Assembly (NCBI GenBank): GCA_000008085.1
Contig: AE017199.1
Location: forward strand, 458,886 to 490,885
Reading direction: 5' to 3'
DNA length: 32,000 nt
Source: Nanoarchaeum equitans Kin4-M
GTDB taxonomy: Archaea > Nanobdellota > Nanobdellia > Nanobdellales > Nanoarchaeaceae
A program made the translations under genes and the position numbers. The number at the start of each line of letters is the position of its first letter. Within the stretch, counting starts at the first letter, position 1. The notes below the pieces were generated by a model, which saw nothing but the letters and a program-made list of their open reading frames with translations, was not told the DNA's origin and searched no databases. Shown here piece by piece: positions 28,724 through 32,000 of the stretch.

Positions 28724-28746
28724 GTTAACATTTTTAATATGTTAAC
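28724..28746 (+). promoter_or_regulatory. TATA-like box inside an 8-bp-arm inverted repeat
   Basis: GTTAACAT-TTTTAAT-ATGTTAAC; centre lies about 26 nt upstream of the start of RNA candidate C. Confidence 0.5.
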
Positions 28747-28760
28747 TTAATAAAATAAAC

Positions 28761-28836
28761 ACGGCACCCAACAACAACGGGGGCGAGGTTCGGTTCCCGA
28801 TGATCCCCGTGAGGATGAGGGAGCCGTGAGCGGTCA
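28761..28836 (+). ncRNA. GC-rich structured RNA candidate C
   Basis: ACGGC(28761)...GCCGT closing stem, internal ACGGGG/CCCCGT stem, kink-turn-like CCCGATGAT / GGCGAGG and CGTGAGGATGAG elements; TATA-like box at -26. Confidence 0.6.
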
Positions 28837-29399
28837 CTTCTTTTTTATGATTTTTCTAATTATTTCAATTCTTCTTGTTGGATTTCTAAATAAATCTCTT
28901 ATTCTTCTAAATAAGTTGGCCAAGTTATCTGCAACTAGGTCAATCTTTTAATGTTGGGATCTCTAACTTTTCCCTCTTTTATTATATCTACATTGAAGAA
29001 GATCTGCTTAAATTTATGAAAAATGTTATCATCTACAACTATCAATTGGCTTTCATTTTTTATCAACTCTTCATACTCGGCTAGCAATTTATCTAAGTTT
29101 GTAGAATAATCTACGACCCTAAAAATGCTATTATCAAACTTTTCAGCAAATTTTTTAAGGTAGTCTCTCTTTTTCCAGTCTTCTTTTATTTCTTTTATAT
29201 GCTTTAATGTGGGAAACTTTTGTTTTAATAGAGATAGCTTGCTTTTTTCTATTGATATGATTGCATAAACTCCTCTTTCGAAATATTTTCTTTGATTGAT
29301 TGGGATGGTAGAAAAATTGGTTTTTGATCAATCTATTGCGGTTATTGGGGTTAAGTCTTTGTTATTTTGTTTCTTGCTTATTCTGTTGTTTTTTCCCAT
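28834..29399 (-). pseudogene. Decayed protein-coding gene of unknown family
   Basis: Hand translation: MGKNNRISKKQNNKDLTPITAID*SKTNFSTIPINQRKYFERGVYAIISIEKSKLSLLKQKFPTLKHIKEIKEDWKKRDYLKKFAEKFDNSIFRVVDYSTNLDKLLAEYEELIKNESQLIVVDDNIFHKFKQIFFNVDIIKEGKVRDPNIKR then frameshift to KIDLVADNLANLFRRIRDLFRNPTRRIEIIRKIIKKK*. Confidence 0.7.
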
Positions 29400-29499
29400 T
29401 CCTTAAGCTATCTTTGTGGGATTTTAATAAAACGTGTGGTAGAGACCTATTAAAATAACTAATATAACAAATAAAATGAGTCAAAATCGCAAGGGATAT

Positions 29500-29522
29500 A
29501 ATATTTCTAATATATTAGAAAC
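29500..29522. repeat. Orphan partial CRISPR repeat
   Basis: AATATTTCTAATATATTAGAAAC matches the last 23 nt of the 28-nt repeat; preceding 5 nt do not match. Confidence 0.85.
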
Positions 29523-29523
29523 T

Positions 29524-29578
29524 CTTGCCCCCTATTTCATCGCCCCCCCATTGAGGGAGCCCGCTCCGGGGGGTTATA
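29524..29578. ncRNA. GC-rich structured RNA candidate B
   Basis: Minus strand CCCCCCGGAGCGGGCTCCCTCAATGGGGGGGCGATGAAATAGGGGGC shares CCCCCGGAG, CTCCC and GGGGGCGATGA blocks with candidate A. Confidence 0.6.
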
Positions 29579-29675
29579 TTATTACTCAATAATCTCCAAT
29601 ATATTTTTAAATCTTTATGCCTTATCAAAAAGTTTTTTATAAATATATTATCATATAATATTTTATGATAACCCA

Positions 29676-29711
29676 CTTCCAACATTTCTAATATACTAAT
29701 ATTCTAGAAAC
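29676..29711 (-). repeat. Degenerate terminal CRISPR repeat
   Basis: CTTCCAACATTTCTAATATACTAATATTCTAGAAAC is a mutated and internally expanded form of the repeat, 39 nt before the first perfect repeat. Confidence 0.8.
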
Positions 29712-29750
29712 AGTATTTTTGTGTCTCGTCCAGGAATAACCATGTTTCAT

Positions 29751-31652
29751 CTTTCAATATTTCTAATATATTAGAAACACTACAGTGTAATTTGGTCAGC
29801 AGGCGTCGGTTGGCTATAACTTTCAATATTTCTAATATATTAGAAACTAGCGACAATATCTTCTTCTCTCGTGTATCTCGGGAATCTTTCAATATTTCTA
29901 ATATATTAGAAACTATAGACCGCCATTGCGTATATGCTTAATTCCTTATCCGCCTTTCAATATTTCTAATATATTAGAAACGAGAAACAATTAAGCTATT
30001 ATCAATAACATTCACAGCAACCTTTCAATATTTCTAATATATTAGAAACTGGAGGACAACGAAAGGTTTTTAAAGGAACAGGGCGAGAATGTGGACTTTC
30101 AATATTTCTAATATATTAGAAACGTGGTTGGGAGGGAGCCGAAGGGTCCGAAGGGTTCGAATCTTTCAATATTTCTAATATATTAGAAACATGTTGTGTT
30201 CTATTGCCACGGATGTATCTGCTATTATGTCTTTCAATATTTCTAATATATTAGAAACTTGATAAATTCTTTGAAGTTATATGTAATTATCACTCTATCT
30301 TTCAATATTTCTAATATATTAGAAACATTTTCAAAGACTCTAAAAATCTGGGGGAAATGAAATTGGCTTTCAATATTTCTAATATATTAGAAACTATATG
30401 AATTGTCTAGGTACTTTTGTGTCTCATCCAAAAATAACCATGTTTCGTTCGAATTTCTGTCTTTCAATATTTCTAATATATTAGAAACCACATTTATGTA
30501 TATTATATAATACTTTAAAAGTCTAACAGCTTTCAATATTTCTAATATATTAGAAACGATCACATACAGGAATTGCTGAAGAAATTGTTACAGGAAAAGC
30601 TTTCAATATTTCTAATATATTAGAAACATGATAAGATGTTTGCTCAAAAAGCCAAATGCTTTTACACACTTTCAATATTTCTAATATATTAGAAACCATC
30701 ATATTTAAAGAGTTTGAGAACACGATACATTTCTTTCAATATTTCTAATATATTAGAAACGTGGGTCAATTTAAAGGATATTTCACAAATGTAGAGTTAG
30801 AAACTTTCAATATTTCTAATATATTAGAAACATCCTATCAATTCTGGAATCTGATGCTGGATCAAATATAACTTTCAATATTTCTAATATATTAGAAACT
30901 TCAGGACAAGAACAATGTAAAATAACTCAATTTAACATACTTTCAATATTTCTAATATATTAGAAACTCATTCTTAGATAAACAAGATATAGTATTTAGA
31001 AAGATGCTTTCAATATTTCTAATATATTAGAAACATGGCGGAACATTACAATTGAAGATAGATAATAAGAGTAACTTTCAATATTTCTAATATATTAGAA
31101 ACATCATTTCTTGTTGTCTCTGAAGCCAAAGAATCTGTAGAGCTTTCAATATTTCTAATATATTAGAAACCAGTCTTAACTATAATGCATGTTATTTGCC
31201 TAACTGATAACTTTCAATATTTCTAATATATTAGAAACATTGCAGTTTATACTGAAGATCCTTCTTAATTCTAGTTACTTTCAATATTTCTAATATATTA
31301 GAAACACAGCTAAACATTTATAAATAATTATATTATTATTATCCATACTTTCAATATTTCTAATATATTAGAAACTTACATTATCCCTAATTACTATTCT
31401 TACTATCGAATTGTACTTTCAATATTTCTAATATATTAGAAACTGTTACAAATGTGTATACTACCAATATCAATGCAAATCAACTTTCAATATTTCTAAT
31501 ATATTAGAAACTGTTAATGATTATATGCTGAGTTGTTAATAATGTTGTCCTCTTTCAATATTTCTAATATATTAGAAACTTAATCCCGTTCAAAGTAGCA
31601 CTTGAATCCAATAGTGAACTCTTTCTTTCAATATTTCTAATATATTAGAAAC
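29751..31652 (-). CRISPR. CRISPR array, 28 identical 28-nt repeats and 27 spacers
   Basis: Plus-strand repeat CTTTCAATATTTCTAATATATTAGAAAC. Repeat starts: 29751, 29820, 29886, 29954, 30022, 30096, 30163, 30231, 30299, 30367, 30461, 30530, 30600, 30669, 30733, 30804, 30872, 30940, 31007, 31075, 31143, 31211, 31278, 31348, 31416, 31484, 31552, 31625. Spacers are 36-46 nt except one of 66 nt. The complement ends in ATTGAAAG, as common for archaeal crRNA 5' tags, and the degenerate repeat is at the left, so transcription is probably leftward. Confidence 0.98.
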
Positions 31653-31800
31653 CCACAGGGCTATTCGAGCCTTTTCCCTTATATTTACAATTACGAACCT
31701 TATTATTTAAAAACCTTCTGCGAGGTTTTATAGTAAAAATATTTAAAAACCCCTGCAGAAAGCTATTTGTTATTTTTGTTTATACAAATTCGGTTTTTCA
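31653..31800 (-). promoter_or_regulatory. Probable CRISPR leader/promoter region
   Basis: AT-rich non-coding flank next to the intact end; ATTTAAAAACC at 31705-31715 gives a TATA-like box on the minus strand, with a second copy at 31741-31751. Confidence 0.6.
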
Positions 31801-32000
31801 ATTGAATTAAATTAAAACCCTACCAATATTTAACAATTAACAATAGAATCACATAGGATTTTGTAAATAAAAATAAAATCCGTAATAGTACATTGAATCA
31901 AAACAAAAACGCTCAAAATAATAAATAACAAAAGCGATAGAGGAAAGTGTAAGAGATTTCAAAAATAGCTAAAAGGCGTTTTCAAAAATGTAAAACCTTA

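Noticed and set aside
28761-28836. RNA C as a canonical H/ACA or C/D guide
   Set aside because: K-turn-like motifs are present, but no properly spaced ACA box or matched C and D boxes could be identified, so no class was assigned.
28834-29399. Selenocysteine or other programmed reading of the in-frame TGA
   Set aside because: No SECIS-like element was identified, and the same gene has a second independent-looking frameshift, which makes decay simpler. Kept only as an alternative.
29704-29892. 62-aa minus-strand ORF in the track
   Set aside because: Its SNILEILK segments are translations of CRISPR repeats; it is not a gene.

Overview
AT-rich archaeal chromosome segment with densely packed housekeeping genes. 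The gene complement suggests Nanoarchaeum equitans or a close relative (inference): C-terminal half of family B DNA polymerase with a split-intein C-terminal fragment, an isolated N-terminal half of AlaRS, and a lone 3' tRNA half. Other recognisable genes are AGOG-like glycosylase, prefoldin beta, aIF6, HIT protein, ubiquitin-like/sulfur-carrier protein, proteasome alpha, TtuA/Ncs6, THUMP methyltransferase, PAPS-reductase-like, SBDS, ArcS-core-like protein, HerA, MscS, L32e, AspRS, NOL1/NOP2/Sun methyltransferase, HDAC family, PCNA, Spt5, aEF-2, Topo VI-A, M50 protease, L1, S24e and a Cas4-like nuclease. Four complete tRNAs are present: Ser-GCU, Val-GAC, Leu-GAG, Ser-CGA. The right end (about 28.1-32 kb) is accessory. 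It holds the 3' tRNA half, three GC-rich ncRNA candidates (two share sequence and a hairpin), a decayed gene with an in-frame TGA and a frameshift, isolated copies of the CRISPR repeat palindrome, and a CRISPR array of 28 identical 28-bp repeats (29751-31652). The degenerate end is on the left and the probable leader on the right. A degenerate-repeat-bounded spacer and an unusually long internal spacer share 33/39 nt. Two small coupled ORFs missing from the supplied track were found by hand translation.
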